In this document: positions 12,450 through 23,566 of the stretch, one piece after another
Position numbering within the stretch: position 1 is the first letter of the stretch
How the letters are laid out: each line of letters begins with the position of its first letter
From: Anthoceros angustus
Lineage: Eukaryota > Plantae > Anthocerotophyta
Reading direction: 5' to 3'
Assembly: GCA_010909165.1 (NCBI GenBank)
Contig: MU008170.1
Span: 682,001-746,000, forward strand
Length of the DNA stretch: 64,000 bases
Notes under the pieces: model-generated
What the model saw: the letters and a program-made list of their open reading frames with translations, nothing else
What the model was told of the DNA's origin: nothing
Database searches by the model: none
Position numbers and translations under genes: made by a program

Positions 12450-14180
12450 CTACATTTGTATGGGCCCATCCTTGCAAGGCATCTTGGAAATGGGCAACTT
12501 GTTTTCTTTTTTCCTTAAATGAGGGTGTATTGCTATTAGGTTCTCTCGGAGCTTAGAAGCTCCATCATCATTGTCGCTGTCATTAGAATCCTCCTCCTCA
12601 TCATGACTTGTATCACTGAGATCATAACTCTCTTCTGAAGAGCCCGAGTCACTTTCTGATGTGGATTTGTCATCGTATTTAATGACCACATGTACATCAT
12701 TTAATCCCACTTGTGAGGTAGATCCATCCATCCATGCAACTTCAACATCCCCATTTTTTGATAGCTGCCCGATGATAAACCCAAACCATGCAGTTGCAGA
12801 CTGTGACTTAGGAATATCGTGCTCCTTTGGGAGTCGAACGACGACATCTTTGATTCTGAAATCATATTGAGCATGCTCACAAAGCTCAAACACACTAACA
12901 ACTTCTTCTTTGAATGTTACATCTCCATTTAGAGGACATCCCAACCACCTTACAATAGCAGTGCGTTGCTTGAAATCCACCCGTTGTATAATGCCACCTT
13001 GGCCATGCTCAACAATGCTTGAATTTTCTTCGTCATCAACATCTTGAAGAGTTACATATTGCCTTGGCCAAAAATTGTGCTCTCCGAACATATCAACGTG
13101 AATAAGTTGGCAGGAGTTCACATCCTTGCTTATTGTTCCATCCTGCCAAAGCACATCAACTTTGGTTTTAATGCCTACAACTTTGTGACAGCCTTGAATA
13201 ATGCCTTCCTCCTCTTCATGTTTTTGGCGTTTTGGTTGAGATTCTAAACTTGCGCGTCTTCCTTTTGATCTTTGCTTCTTGTTTTCACACATGACATTAG
13301 CGTCCTCGCAGCTAGAGCTCACAGCAATTGCTCTATTGTTTTTGAGACATTTCATATGTTCATGCAAAAGGCATCGGTCACCTAGCTGCCAATCTGTGTG
13401 AGAAAATTGGTTCATCACAATCAAATCCTTTGGCTTCTGTTGCCTTCTAGGCTTCCTCCGGATCCCAGATACATCACCACAATTAGCAACCCATTCAACA
13501 ACAACCATGTTTGTATCAATTTGTGAAATGGTCCCACGTTTCCTTCGCTTATTGTAGTTTCCAACTAACCATGTCGCCTTTTCTAGAGTTTTTTCATGAC
13601 TTGCTACAACTTTTTGACCAATAAATAATGGTATACCTTTCTCATCCTTGTTTTGACATCTTAGGTGGTTAGGGTTTGTTAGCTTAAGCTGACACTTTGC
13701 CCCATCGTTAAACACCAATGTCACAAGCTCAATGACTGTGTCTACTTTTCCCACCCATCTAGCACGAACGACAAAGTCTCCCACTTGAAATGAGCCTATT
13801 CTCCTTAAGCTTTTACTATCTACATCCTTCATGAGCATACCATTTGTAAGTTCTAAGTCCACTGTAATCATAACGTTTATCACGATGCCCATTTGCCCTA
13901 ACGGGTCTAATGTACATGCCACTACATCATTATGTCTCAAAGTTCTATCCACAATATGGAGATGTTGTGGATTGATATTGCTCTCGTTCAAATCCATCCA
14001 CAAAACTCTTGTTTGCTTGTCAGTTTCTTCTTCCTGCTCCTTATCGCTATAAGATTCTGAGTCTGAACCTGGATCTCCAAACGTTCGTTGTACAATTCCT
14101 AAAAGAGAAGGATTAGATTTCATAGAAACCACATCATCACGAAACACTCGATGTTCTTTCCCTTCCCCTTCTACTTCCAT
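12450..14180 (-). CDS. N-terminal region of a UBC23/UBC24(PHO2)/UBE2O-like E2 enzyme, no UBC catalytic domain
   Basis: Uninterrupted ORF (first ATG 14180) with GIVQR..RVLW..DRTLRHNDVVA..DPLGQMGIVINV..VDL, SFQVGDFVV..WVGKVD, DWQLGDRC, TKVDVLWQDG..VDMFGEHNFWPRQYV, RTAIVRW, EVVSVFELCEHAQYDFRIKDVVVRL, VEVAWMDGSTSQV; stop at 12450 with no UBC core after it. Confidence 0.75.
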   Translation of the reverse strand: MEVEGEGKEHRVFRDDVVSMKSNPSLLGIVQRTFGDPGSDSESYSDKEQEEETDKQTRVLWMDLNESNINPQHLHIVDRTLRHNDVVACTLDPLGQMGIVINVMITVDLELTNGMLMKDVDSKSLRRIGSFQVGDFVVRARWVGKVDTVIELVTLVFNDGAKCQLKLTNPNHLRCQNKDEKGIPLFIGQKVVASHEKTLEKATWLVGNYNKRRKRGTISQIDTNMVVVEWVANCGDVSGIRRKPRRQQKPKDLIVMNQFSHTDWQLGDRCLLHEHMKCLKNNRAIAVSSSCEDANVMCENKKQRSKGRRASLESQPKRQKHEEEEGIIQGCHKVVGIKTKVDVLWQDGTISKDVNSCQLIHVDMFGEHNFWPRQYVTLQDVDDEENSSIVEHGQGGIIQRVDFKQRTAIVRWLGCPLNGDVTFKEEVVSVFELCEHAQYDFRIKDVVVRLPKEHDIPKSQSATAWFGFIIGQLSKNGDVEVAWMDGSTSQVGLNDVHVVIKYDDKSTSESDSGSSEESYDLSDTSHDEEEDSNDSDNDDGASKLRENLIAIHPHLRKKENKLPISKMPCKDGPIQM

Positions 14181-14370
14181 GTTGGCCTTGAAAGATGCAG
14201 AGAGCAACAAGAGGGACAAAACTTCCAAACTAGCTATTTCACCTAGAAAGACTATCTCAGTAAAAATTTAAATATATGACCCAATGAGATCACAAGGTCG
14301 ATCATGCCCACAACATTTAAGTTGTGGTCACAATATTAATCCTAAAATGAGGTGAGTACGATTGTTCATA

Positions 14371-14530
14371 TTTTGAGTAGTTTGTATACCATATCCCAAA
14401 GGACGGTTATGTTGAGCAGTTTGTATACCGGATCCAAAAGGACGGTTATTTTGAGCAGTTTGTATACCGTACCCCAAAGGACGGTTATTTTGAGCAGTTT
14501 GTATGTGTATACCTTATCCCAAAGGACGGT
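14371..14530. repeat. 39-bp minisatellite, 4 copies
   Basis: ttttgagcagtttgtataccgtaccccaaaggacggtta repeated. Confidence 0.9.
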
Positions 14531-14743
14531 TCAATAGGGTACCTAGTGCTGAAATAATTATTAAAAAGGAAAAGAATTTCAAGACTCAAATATTTAATTT
14601 CTAAAATTTTAATATATTATAAACTAAATAATTAAAGTAGAAATAAAATTATTACACTAGTCAGATCATTTCCGAATCCCCAACCATCACCTTCCTAAAC
14701 TCCTAAAGCCCTATCCTCTATTCCTTCCATTCCTCATGCCGCA

Positions 14744-14950
14744 TCCCCATCCGTCCCCATCCGTCCCCCATCCGTCCCCCATCCGTCCCCATCCGTCCCC
14801 ATCCGTCCCCCATCCGTCCCCCATCCGTCCCCCATCCGTCCCCCATCCGTCCCCATCCGTCCCCATCCGTCCCCATCCGTCCCCCATCCGTCCCCCATCC
14901 GTCCCCATCCGTCCCCATCCGTCCCCCATCCGTCCCCCATCCGTCCCCCA
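14744..14950. repeat. 10-11 bp C-rich satellite (CCCCATCCGT[C])n
   Basis: About 19 near-perfect units read directly. Confidence 0.97.
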
Positions 14951-15182
14951 TTCCAAAAGCACAATCTCCCCGAAGTAAATAGTTGGGGTCCGGGTTAAGT
15001 ACTAAACCGGTGGCCCTTCTTCGTCGGGTCCTGCTTATCTGAGAACTTCTGCTCGAACAGATGCAGCCCTGTTAGCCTGGTCGAAGGATGTTTCAGAAGT
15101 CGAAACTTTCTGTCCAAGGCTGTCCTAGTTTGCTAAATATCGTGGGTATAGGCAATTGGTGGAACGCGACCATGAACATGAG

Positions 15183-18100
15183 TTACCAGCGATCAAGTTC
15201 TTGAGTCAGGTTGCTGCTATTTTCCTGTTGCTGCTGCGGATAGATCAGATTCTCCTGGCAAGTTAAGCTGACCTTTCGTAACATGTCATAGACCTCCTGG
15301 TCCTGCGGAAGCTTGCAATTTCCAACCATGAAAAAGCGGGCCTGCTGCCCATGCTCAATCCAGCTGAGGCCAGGCTCTTTCCAGGCACCTTCCTCCTTCA
15401 TCCTCTGCTCCACCCTCTTTGCGCAATCCAGAAGGCCAGCATCAGCATAGATGTGTAACATCAATTTGTATGCTGCAGCTTGTTTTGGCTGCAGTTGAAT
15501 TGCAGAAGCAAAGGCCTGTTCTCCTAACACAGTGTTGCCATGCTTCCGACAGGCACCCAGCACACACAACCACGTAGCCAGATTGGGCTGCATTGGCATC
15601 GTCGACAACAAAGCTTCCAACTGGGTGAAGTATCCTGCACGCCCAAAGAGGTCCAGCATACTTACATAATGCTCAATCCCTGGACTGATGCCATAATCTC
15701 GATGCATTGCTTCGAAATACTCAACTCCCTTGTCCACAAGGCCAGCGTGGCTACAAGCAGCAAGAAGTGATAGAAATGTCACTTCATCAGGATCGAATCC
15801 CTCGAGCTGCATTCTGTTGAAGCATTGCAGGGCTTCTTCGACGAGTCCATGTTGAGCATATGCAGCTATCATAGCATTCCATGTCACCACATCCCTTGTG
15901 GCTAAGCTCACAAACACGCTGTGTGCAGCATCTAAGCTTCCGCATTTTGCATACATGTCCACCAGGCAGCTCCCCACAGCAATATCAGACTCCAGCTCCC
16001 TCTCCTGAATCTGGAGGTGCAGTTGCTGTCCCTGATCTAGTGATGCAATGCTTGCACATGCCTTCAAGAGGCACAGAAATGTGACATTGTCAGCACAAGC
16101 CATTCCTTCCTGCTTCATACGTGAATACAGAACAAGGGCCTTCTGCCCGAGCCTGCTCTTAGCATATGCTGCCAGTATGGTGTTCCATGTCACGGTGTCT
16201 TTTGTTGCCATATTGTCGAACACCTTGCTGGCCTCATCTAAGATCCCGCATTTTGCATACATGTCCACTATGCAGTTGCCCACAGCTACATCAGCTTCCA
16301 GTCCCAGCTCCACGGCGTGGGTGTGCAGAAGTTTGCCTTCACGTAACGCTCCGATGCTGGCACAAGCTTTAAGGAGGCACACAAGGGTAATGCGGTCAGC
16401 TGGAATGTTGCCCTCTTGCGACATGCTTGTGTAAAGAGCAAGGGCTTCTTGCCCGTGACCATGCTGGGCATATCCTGCAAGCATGACATTCCAGGTTGCG
16501 CCATCCTTTGCAGGCATCCTGTCGAACACTCGTCGTGCTTCGCTTAAGCTCCCACATTTGGCATACATGTCAACCAAGGAGTTGCAAACCGCCACATCGG
16601 GTTCCAGTCCTGCTTCCTGTACCAAAGCATGGAGTTGCCTTCCCTGATCTAAGGCTCCAATTGTGGCACAAGCTTTGAGGAGGCACACAAATGTCACATC
16701 ACCTGCCGGCATTATGCCCTCGAGCTGCATGCTTGCGTAAAGAGCAAGAACTTCCTCGCCGAGCCCATGCTGAGCATAGCCTGCAAGCATGGCATTCCAA
16801 GTTCTTACATCTCTCGTGGCCAACTTATTGAAGAGCTTGCGAGCATCGTCCAGGCTCCCACATTTCGCATACAGATCCACCAGGCAGTTGCCAATAATCA
16901 CATCAGATTCCAGCCCTCTCTCTTTTACCTGTGCATGGAGCTGCTTTCCCTGGTCTAGTGCTCCAACGCTGGCACATGCTTTCAGGAGGCACACAAAAGT
17001 CACAGGAGTAATGGCCACCTGCTGTTCCATTGTTGCGTACAAAGCAAGGGCTTCCTCTCCAAGTCCATGCTGAGCATATCCGGTAAGCATGGCATTCCAT
17101 GTCACCACATTCCTGCTGGACATGCTTTCAAACACACTGCGCGCATCAGCCAAACTCCCGCATTTTGCATACATGTCCACCAAGCAGTTGCCCACAATGA
17201 CATCAGCTTCTAGGCCCCTTTCCTGGATTTGAGAATGAATCCGCTTGCCCTCATGCAATGCTCCAATGCTTGCACATGCTTTTAAGAGGGAGACAAATGT
17301 AACATGATTAGGTGAAGGTATCCCCTCTTGTTGCATGTTGGCATAAAGACAAAGGGATTCTAGCGCAAACCCAAGCTGAGCGTATCCGGCAATCATGGTA
17401 TTCCATGTCACGACGTCTTTAACAGCCAGAGTGTCAAACACCTGGCGGGCATCATCTAGTCTTCCACATTTTGCATACATGTCCACCAGACAGTTTCCAA
17501 TGACCACGTCATTTTCATGTCCTGTTTGCTGCGTGTGCATATGGAGCTGCCTCCCATGATCTAATGCTCCCACAAACGCACAAGCTCGCAGGAGGTTCAC
17601 AAATGTGACCTGACCAGGGATGATGCCCGTCTCCAGCATGCCGGAATAAAGAGCCAGGGCTTCCTCATGGAGCTCTTCACGTGCATATCCTGTCAGCATG
17701 GCATTCCACGTAACTACATCTCTTTTGGCCAGGTTGCTGAACAACCTGCGGGCCTCCTCCAAGCTCCCGCACTTGACATACATGTCCACCAGGGAGTTAC
17801 CCACAAACAGGTCCGGCTCTACCACACTCTGCAAAACATCAGCGTGCACTTGCCTGCCTGAGTTCAGGTGTACTGCAGCAGAGCACGCCTTAAGGACTGC
17901 CACAAATGTATGGTTGTCCGGCACCACTTCTGACTTTTGCAGCTGCCAGTACAGGTTAATGGCCTCCAGAGGCTGTCCATGTTCTGCATGTGCCAAAATG
18001 ATGGAGGACCAAGAATAGGCATCTGGAGCAACCAGTCTGCTGAACACCTGTGACGCTAACTGCAACCTCCCATGAGAAGTGTACATGCGGATGATGTGGT

Positions 18101-18359
18101 TGCCGAAGTAAGTATTGGACTCATACCCACTTTTGACAAGAAGAGCGTGAATGCCCCTGCCAACAGCCAGACTCTTCTTTGCCACTCGCGTCGTGAGAAA
18201 CTGGCAAAATATAGCTGTACACACGTAAAACCCTCGCTGCACCAGCACATCCAAAGTTTGGACAGTCTCGGTAAGCTGTCCGTCCTCACATGATTTGCTC
18301 CAGGTTCCAACCTCCGAGTCTGCTTCCAGACCTGGCACCCTGGAAGATCCAGGGAACAT
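15183..18359 (-). CDS. PLS-class pentatricopeptide repeat protein with E/E+ extension, no DYW domain (organellar RNA-editing factor type)
   Basis: 1058-aa intronless ORF with ~8 PLS triplets (LVDMYAKCGSL..A..VF..DVVTWNAM..YAQHG..TFV.LLKACA); E domains and PG-box PGLSWIE; ends ~45 aa later without HxE..CxxC/DYW. Confidence 0.95.
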   Translation of the reverse strand: MFPGSSRVPGLEADSEVGTWSKSCEDGQLTETVQTLDVLVQRGFYVCTAIFCQFLTTRVAKKSLAVGRGIHALLVKSGYESNTYFGNHIIRMYTSHGRLQLASQVFSRLVAPDAYSWSSIILAHAEHGQPLEAINLYWQLQKSEVVPDNHTFVAVLKACSAAVHLNSGRQVHADVLQSVVEPDLFVGNSLVDMYVKCGSLEEARRLFSNLAKRDVVTWNAMLTGYAREELHEEALALYSGMLETGIIPGQVTFVNLLRACAFVGALDHGRQLHMHTQQTGHENDVVIGNCLVDMYAKCGRLDDARQVFDTLAVKDVVTWNTMIAGYAQLGFALESLCLYANMQQEGIPSPNHVTFVSLLKACASIGALHEGKRIHSQIQERGLEADVIVGNCLVDMYAKCGSLADARSVFESMSSRNVVTWNAMLTGYAQHGLGEEALALYATMEQQVAITPVTFVCLLKACASVGALDQGKQLHAQVKERGLESDVIIGNCLVDLYAKCGSLDDARKLFNKLATRDVRTWNAMLAGYAQHGLGEEVLALYASMQLEGIMPAGDVTFVCLLKACATIGALDQGRQLHALVQEAGLEPDVAVCNSLVDMYAKCGSLSEARRVFDRMPAKDGATWNVMLAGYAQHGHGQEALALYTSMSQEGNIPADRITLVCLLKACASIGALREGKLLHTHAVELGLEADVAVGNCIVDMYAKCGILDEASKVFDNMATKDTVTWNTILAAYAKSRLGQKALVLYSRMKQEGMACADNVTFLCLLKACASIASLDQGQQLHLQIQERELESDIAVGSCLVDMYAKCGSLDAAHSVFVSLATRDVVTWNAMIAAYAQHGLVEEALQCFNRMQLEGFDPDEVTFLSLLAACSHAGLVDKGVEYFEAMHRDYGISPGIEHYVSMLDLFGRAGYFTQLEALLSTMPMQPNLATWLCVLGACRKHGNTVLGEQAFASAIQLQPKQAAAYKLMLHIYADAGLLDCAKRVEQRMKEEGAWKEPGLSWIEHGQQARFFMVGNCKLPQDQEVYDMLRKVSLTCQENLIYPQQQQENSSNLTQELDRW

Positions 18360-20151
18360 GCTTCGGAGAGAGTCCAGGCTGCCTCACAGTCTTCAAAAAT
18401 GGAAAGAAACCTCTGAGAAAAGTCCCAAGTTCTCAACATGACGGATACCGCATTTGTGACATAAGAAGGGCATGCCTCTGTAAGAGAGCAAGCAGAAACA
18501 AGATCGACATCAGCAATACATGTAGCTAATATTGCATGTGCAGCTCTGAGACGCATCACAAATGCAAAATTATGTTCACTTGCTGATTCGAGAACTCGAC
18601 CACCCAGAGCTCTCGTGACACTACAGGCCAAATCAATTGCAAACATGGCAAACCCACAACGTCTGCCTGGACGCACAATGAGTGCCACAAGAGACCGCAC
18701 TTGTCCAAGTCACAAAACACTGACGTCAGGGGCTGAGGCATGTGTTGCGCAGTCAACAATTCTATCAAGATACTCTACCCAGTGATCGTCCGCAGAGCCC
18801 ATTTCGCCCACATTTCTTTCCCAGTCCTACGCCTGGTCGGTTTCCTTATCTGAATCCTATATATAAAGTACATCAGCCTGCGAGCAGCAAATCAGATTCC
18901 CATTCCTCGGTAAGATCTCAGTGATCGCTGTGACTCTAAATGTGGCAAAGCTGCTTGTTGGGTGCCTTCCGATGTTAGCCCTTTCCTCAATTGCCATGTA
19001 TGTGCTCCTTGGGAGACCAGTCAAACAAGATGTCTAAATGAAGCAATGAAGCCAGGGTTCACGAGCAAGAATCTATGTACATACATGTGCCCTGCTGTCA
19101 GGAGTCTCAAAGTCACTGTGGTATCTCAGCTACGTACATCGATGATTTGTCATAGGTCCTGTCAAAGTGGCAGAAAAGCAAGGGGGATCAAAAGCGCGGC
19201 TGTTAGCCAGCATTTTTATTAGAGCTCGTTGATGGAGGCCCTGGTTTCCTCGGGTTGAGCGGAGGGCGGCTGTGGAGTCTGCCGATGCCGTATTGCGATT
19301 TCTGTCTGCCGCCTGCATCTCACGTGTCTTACAGCCACGCTCCCGCCTTTCCTCCACTCAGGACTGCTCCGCTCTGTTGCTGTCTACTGTGCTTTGCTCT
19401 TGAGCTTCCCCCGATCTTGACGCCCAGCCAGGAAGGTTTGCCGGGGTCACATCACAGCACGCCTGCCGCTACAGGCTCGGCGCCATCACTTCCGGATCGC
19501 AAGTTTAGTGGACTCGCTCACCGGGCTGAATTTGCAGCCAAGTGCCTAAGGTTTATGTGAGGTTCTTGCACACGGCCGACGCAGATCTGTCTGGCATTTG
19601 CTGATTCGAGTTTTGCGTGCATTCGCTTCCCGATTTGTGCGCATTCAAGCTGCCTCGGTCGGGTCCTTTCCAGCGAGCTGTGGGTGCGCTGCAGGCTGCG
19701 GATTGGTCCTGCATGCTTTCTTCTGCGGAGCAATCTCAGCAGTGGGCTGCGTGTGCAAATGCTGGGCAAAGCACGTTCTTTGCAGTGCAGGGCAGACAAG
19801 CTCAAGATTGTGCCTGCTTCCCACATTGATTTCGGGGAGACGTGGAAGCAGAGGGAACAGCAGGCACGTGTGGGAAATGTTGGGTTCCTGCGTTGTGTCG
19901 TTTCGGCTCCGGCAATCTGGATTCCGATCAATGTGATAAGCATCGGAGAATAGGTAGTTTGTGGGCTTTGCTCGATCTCTGCCGGAGCTGAAGTGGCCTG
20001 GCCTTCCCTGCTTAGGGATTTGGTGCCCAAGAATTTCGGGAAGGTTCAGCAGCTGTGGGATGCATAGCTGCCGCATACACCCAGGTGCTCGTAATGTATG
20101 GCCTTGCACAGGCAAGGCAGTGCCAGTCATCAGCCAAGGTTTGTTCCAGAG

Positions 20152-23100
20152 ATGAATGGAGATCACAGGCCGTCCGGTTCTCAGCGGACGGTCCCCATGT
20201 TTAGACATGAAGGGAAGGTGGAGCATAAGGCTGCGGTTGGATCTAGATTAGGGAGGCAAGCAGATCCAGGGTATGATTATGACGGTGGCAAAACTTCGCA
20301 GAGAAAGGACACTGCCAAGGCCAAGAGGGCTCTGCGGACTGTAAAGACAAGGAAATGTTCGCTGGGTCTCTTCACACTGTTGCTGCTCTTTTTGTTGGGC
20401 GTTACCATTTTGTTTGGAGACTATTTCTTCATATTTGGCCGTCCCTCAGGAGGTGAGGAATCAGTATAATTGCACCTTCTCTTTTGCGGAGCAGGTCTTT
20501 GCGGGGTGCGCGTTCGGGATAGCTACACTGTCATGGATTTATGTCTCTGTCTTGTAGGTGTTGATATGCCCAAGTCGGCGCTGTGTATGATGTGTGTGTA
20601 GGTGGCAAAAATTCTGGATTGTCAAGTCTTTCGGAGCAGCAGGTAAGCCTGAAGCATGTTATGCGAACTCGTTTTCTGCATCCGTGATGTAGCGTAACAG
20701 CAAACGTGCACTTGGCCAGCTTAGTGTGGCTGTTGGCACTGTCGTTTTACTCTCCTCTCATCAGCCTATGTCCATGTGATAGATTCAAGCTGATCATCAA
20801 CATGAAGAAGATGTTGCGCGTGACAGCAGGACCAAGGTCGAACAACGGACTCAAGAAGTTTCGGGGGGTAATGCAGCACAAAGTACGTTTGTGTGCTATT
20901 AATGTTTGGTGCTGGTCAGTTTAGTTGGTAATATGGGGTTCTGATTCACTGTTCTCTGATGCAGCAGGTGTGCAGTTTCTACGAGGGCATTCTGAGAAGC
21001 GTCTGAGTTTTGGGCAGAATGTCAAGGGACAGGAAGATCTAGGTCAAGATTCTCGGGCTTGGGACTCTGATGACAGGGATAGGTCCTCCTTGACCTCTAT
21101 TGTTGAAAGCAAGGACAAGCTTCGTACAGTCGATAAGGACCAGGTGAAACTCGATCGTCAGGAGACTGGTAACAAGCAGAGCAGTGGTGGAAATGAGCAT
21201 GAGCAGGACCAGGTCCAGGACCAGGACCAGGACCAGGACCAGGAGGAGGTGGAGGTTGAGGTTGAAGTGGAGTCTTTGCAACATTCACAAGATTCTGTTG
21301 GCAGCCTAAACTCAGGACTGTATAATGAGAAAGGCAGAAAAGAGCTCCGGATGTATGAAAAGCAGTTTGAGGCTACATTGAAAAAGGAGTTGAGTCTGCG
21401 ATCAGGTACCAATGTCAAAACGGAATGGGATGGGGACACGTCGGTGGAGGACAAAGAACTTCCTGAACCCAGAGAAGTGGCAGAAGCTGTCAACCCAAAA
21501 GGTTTGAGGCAGACTATACACACTGCAAATGATCGGAATACATCTGTATCAAAATCCTCTGCTAGTGAGGAAGACGAATATGATGATTATGGTGGAGAGG
21601 CGGGAACCATTATTAGGAAGGGCGTTGATGATGACCAGGACGAGGAAGAGAAAAGTGAAAGTGATGCAGAGAAAGGTGATGAGGTCACCGGAGGCGATAC
21701 ACTGGTCACAGGTGATCTCAATAAAAGCGTAAACTTGGAGTCTGTGAACGTGAAGGTATCATCAAGTACCGAACTGCAATGATGCTTTTTTGTCGGAGGT
21801 GCCTGTTGCGATGGGTTTGTGCCATCTCAATCTGGACCAAGCACATGCTGTAGCTAGAGGTGAGCTAACGCAGTTTTATGTGTATCCTTCCAGGAGGAGC
21901 GCTTAGAACGGAGTAAGAGTACTACTGAGAAGCCACTGAAGCCAAAGAAGCGGCGAATCGGTATTCATCTGACCAGTATCCTCTCTGGATATACGTGTGG
22001 AATTCTGTCTAGAGGCTTACCAGCATTATCAGTGCAATTAATAGCTATTGCTTTTTGCAGTGCCTTGTGAGATTCCGTTTGCCAATTCTACTTTGGAGAT
22101 AACCGAACCTGAAGATACTTCAAAGTTTGCAAATTTCAGTCTCCAGTATATTCACAGAGAGGAACGTCCAGCAGATGACCCAGATTGGGAGCCAAGATTT
22201 GCTGGGCATCAGAGTATGGGTGAGAGGGAGAAGTCCTTCTATGCATCGAGTCAAACCCTCCATTGTGGGTTTGTCCAAGGGCCGGAAGGATATCCAACCA
22301 CTGGATACGAAATAAGTGATGCTGACAAGGAATACCTGAATTCATGTCGGTATGCAGTCTCATCAGGCATCTTCAACAATTCAGACCACATCAGATCACC
22401 CATAATGAAGAAAGTGAGTATGGAATTTTCACTCATTTGCTGCATCTGCATCTTTTGCTGCATTTCTGAAGCATGTCCACCTCTGTTTGGCAGGTATCCC
22501 TGTATTCAAAGAACAACGTATGCTTCGTAATGTTTGTGGATCAAAGTACACTAGATGTCATGGTAGAGGAGAAGCAAGGTCCGAACTTGAAAGGCAGAGT
22601 TGGCTTATGGAGGGTTGTGTTGGTGAAAAACATGCCATTTAACGATGGGCGGAGGACGGGCAAGGTGCCAAAGCTTCTAACTCACAGACTATTTCCATCT
22701 GCAAGGTTTGGGAGTCTCACCCATGTACTTGCTTTACTCAGAGTGAGATTTTATGCTGCTCAGCTGCAAGCATGGTGCTTCTCAAATACATTGTGCCCGT
22801 GCCTAAATTTCTTAGCTGTGCGATGGCAGATATTCCATTTGGCTGGATAGCAAGTTGCGGCTCCAAACGGACCCGATTCTCATCTTCGAGTATTTTCTGT
22901 GGCGGAGAGGAGCTGAGTATGCAATATCGAATCACTACGATCGGCATGACGTCGGTGAAGAAGTCTTGCAAAACAAGAAGCTCAACAAGTTCAACCATAC
23001 TATCATCGATGAACAGTATCGGTTCTACCAAGAAGATGGACTCACCAGATTCAATGCTTCGGATCCAAAGAGGCTCTTACCAAGTTGTAAGTGCGTTCCC

Positions 23101-23566
23101 ATATGTGTTGCCAGTGAAGACGGCCCTTGTTCAAGTGAAGCTCACAATAAATGGTGTGTTATGCCAGATGTTCCAGAAGGATCCTTCATTGTAAGGGCAC
23201 ACACCCCCATGTCCAATCTTTTTTCCTGCCTTTGGTTCAATGAAGTAGACCGGTTCACGCCAAGGGACCAGCTGAGTTTTGCGTACACCTACATGAAGCT
23301 CGTGAGGATGAACCCGCAGATTCCATTCGCTTTCCACATGTTCAAGGTAAGAAACTTCCCCATGCCCATCTCATGTGCCTCAGGATGCCCTGTCCGAACG
23401 CTGCATCTGCTGTGAGACGTCAAGGGCCTTCCACTGATCCGTCCTACCGCTCCTTCTGTCACAGGATTGCGAAAGAAAGTCCCTGGCCAAGCTCTTCCGC
23501 CACAGACACGAGGACAAACCAGCCGAGGTGACTGGAGCTACAGAAACCTCCTCCCAATTGCGGTAA
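20152..23566 (+). CDS. DUF616 (MUCI70/EMB2756-like) putative glycosyltransferase, type II membrane protein, multi-exon
   Basis: N-terminal TM LFTLLLLFLLGVTILFG; acidic stem exon; EPRFAGHQS..EREKSF..LHCGFV, CFVMFVD, GLWRVVLVKNMPFNDGRRTGKVPKLLTHRLFPSAR, YSIWLDSKLRLQ.DP, VPEGSFIVRAHTPMSNLFSCLWFNEVDRFTPRDQLSF, DCERK; TAA 23564-23566. Confidence 0.92.

Noticed and set aside
14711-14978. ORFs such as MGDGWGTDGGR.. and PHPSPSV..
   Set aside because: Translations of a 10-11 bp satellite that lacks stop codons.
3790-15000. Assigning the island as a Helitron or TIR element
   Set aside because: No 5'-TC / hairpin-CTRR-3' pair, no TIR/TSD and no RepHel sequence found.
15540-18700. Many short ORFs overlapping the PPR gene
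   Set aside because: Shadow frames of a GC-rich repetitive CDS; no recognisable motifs.
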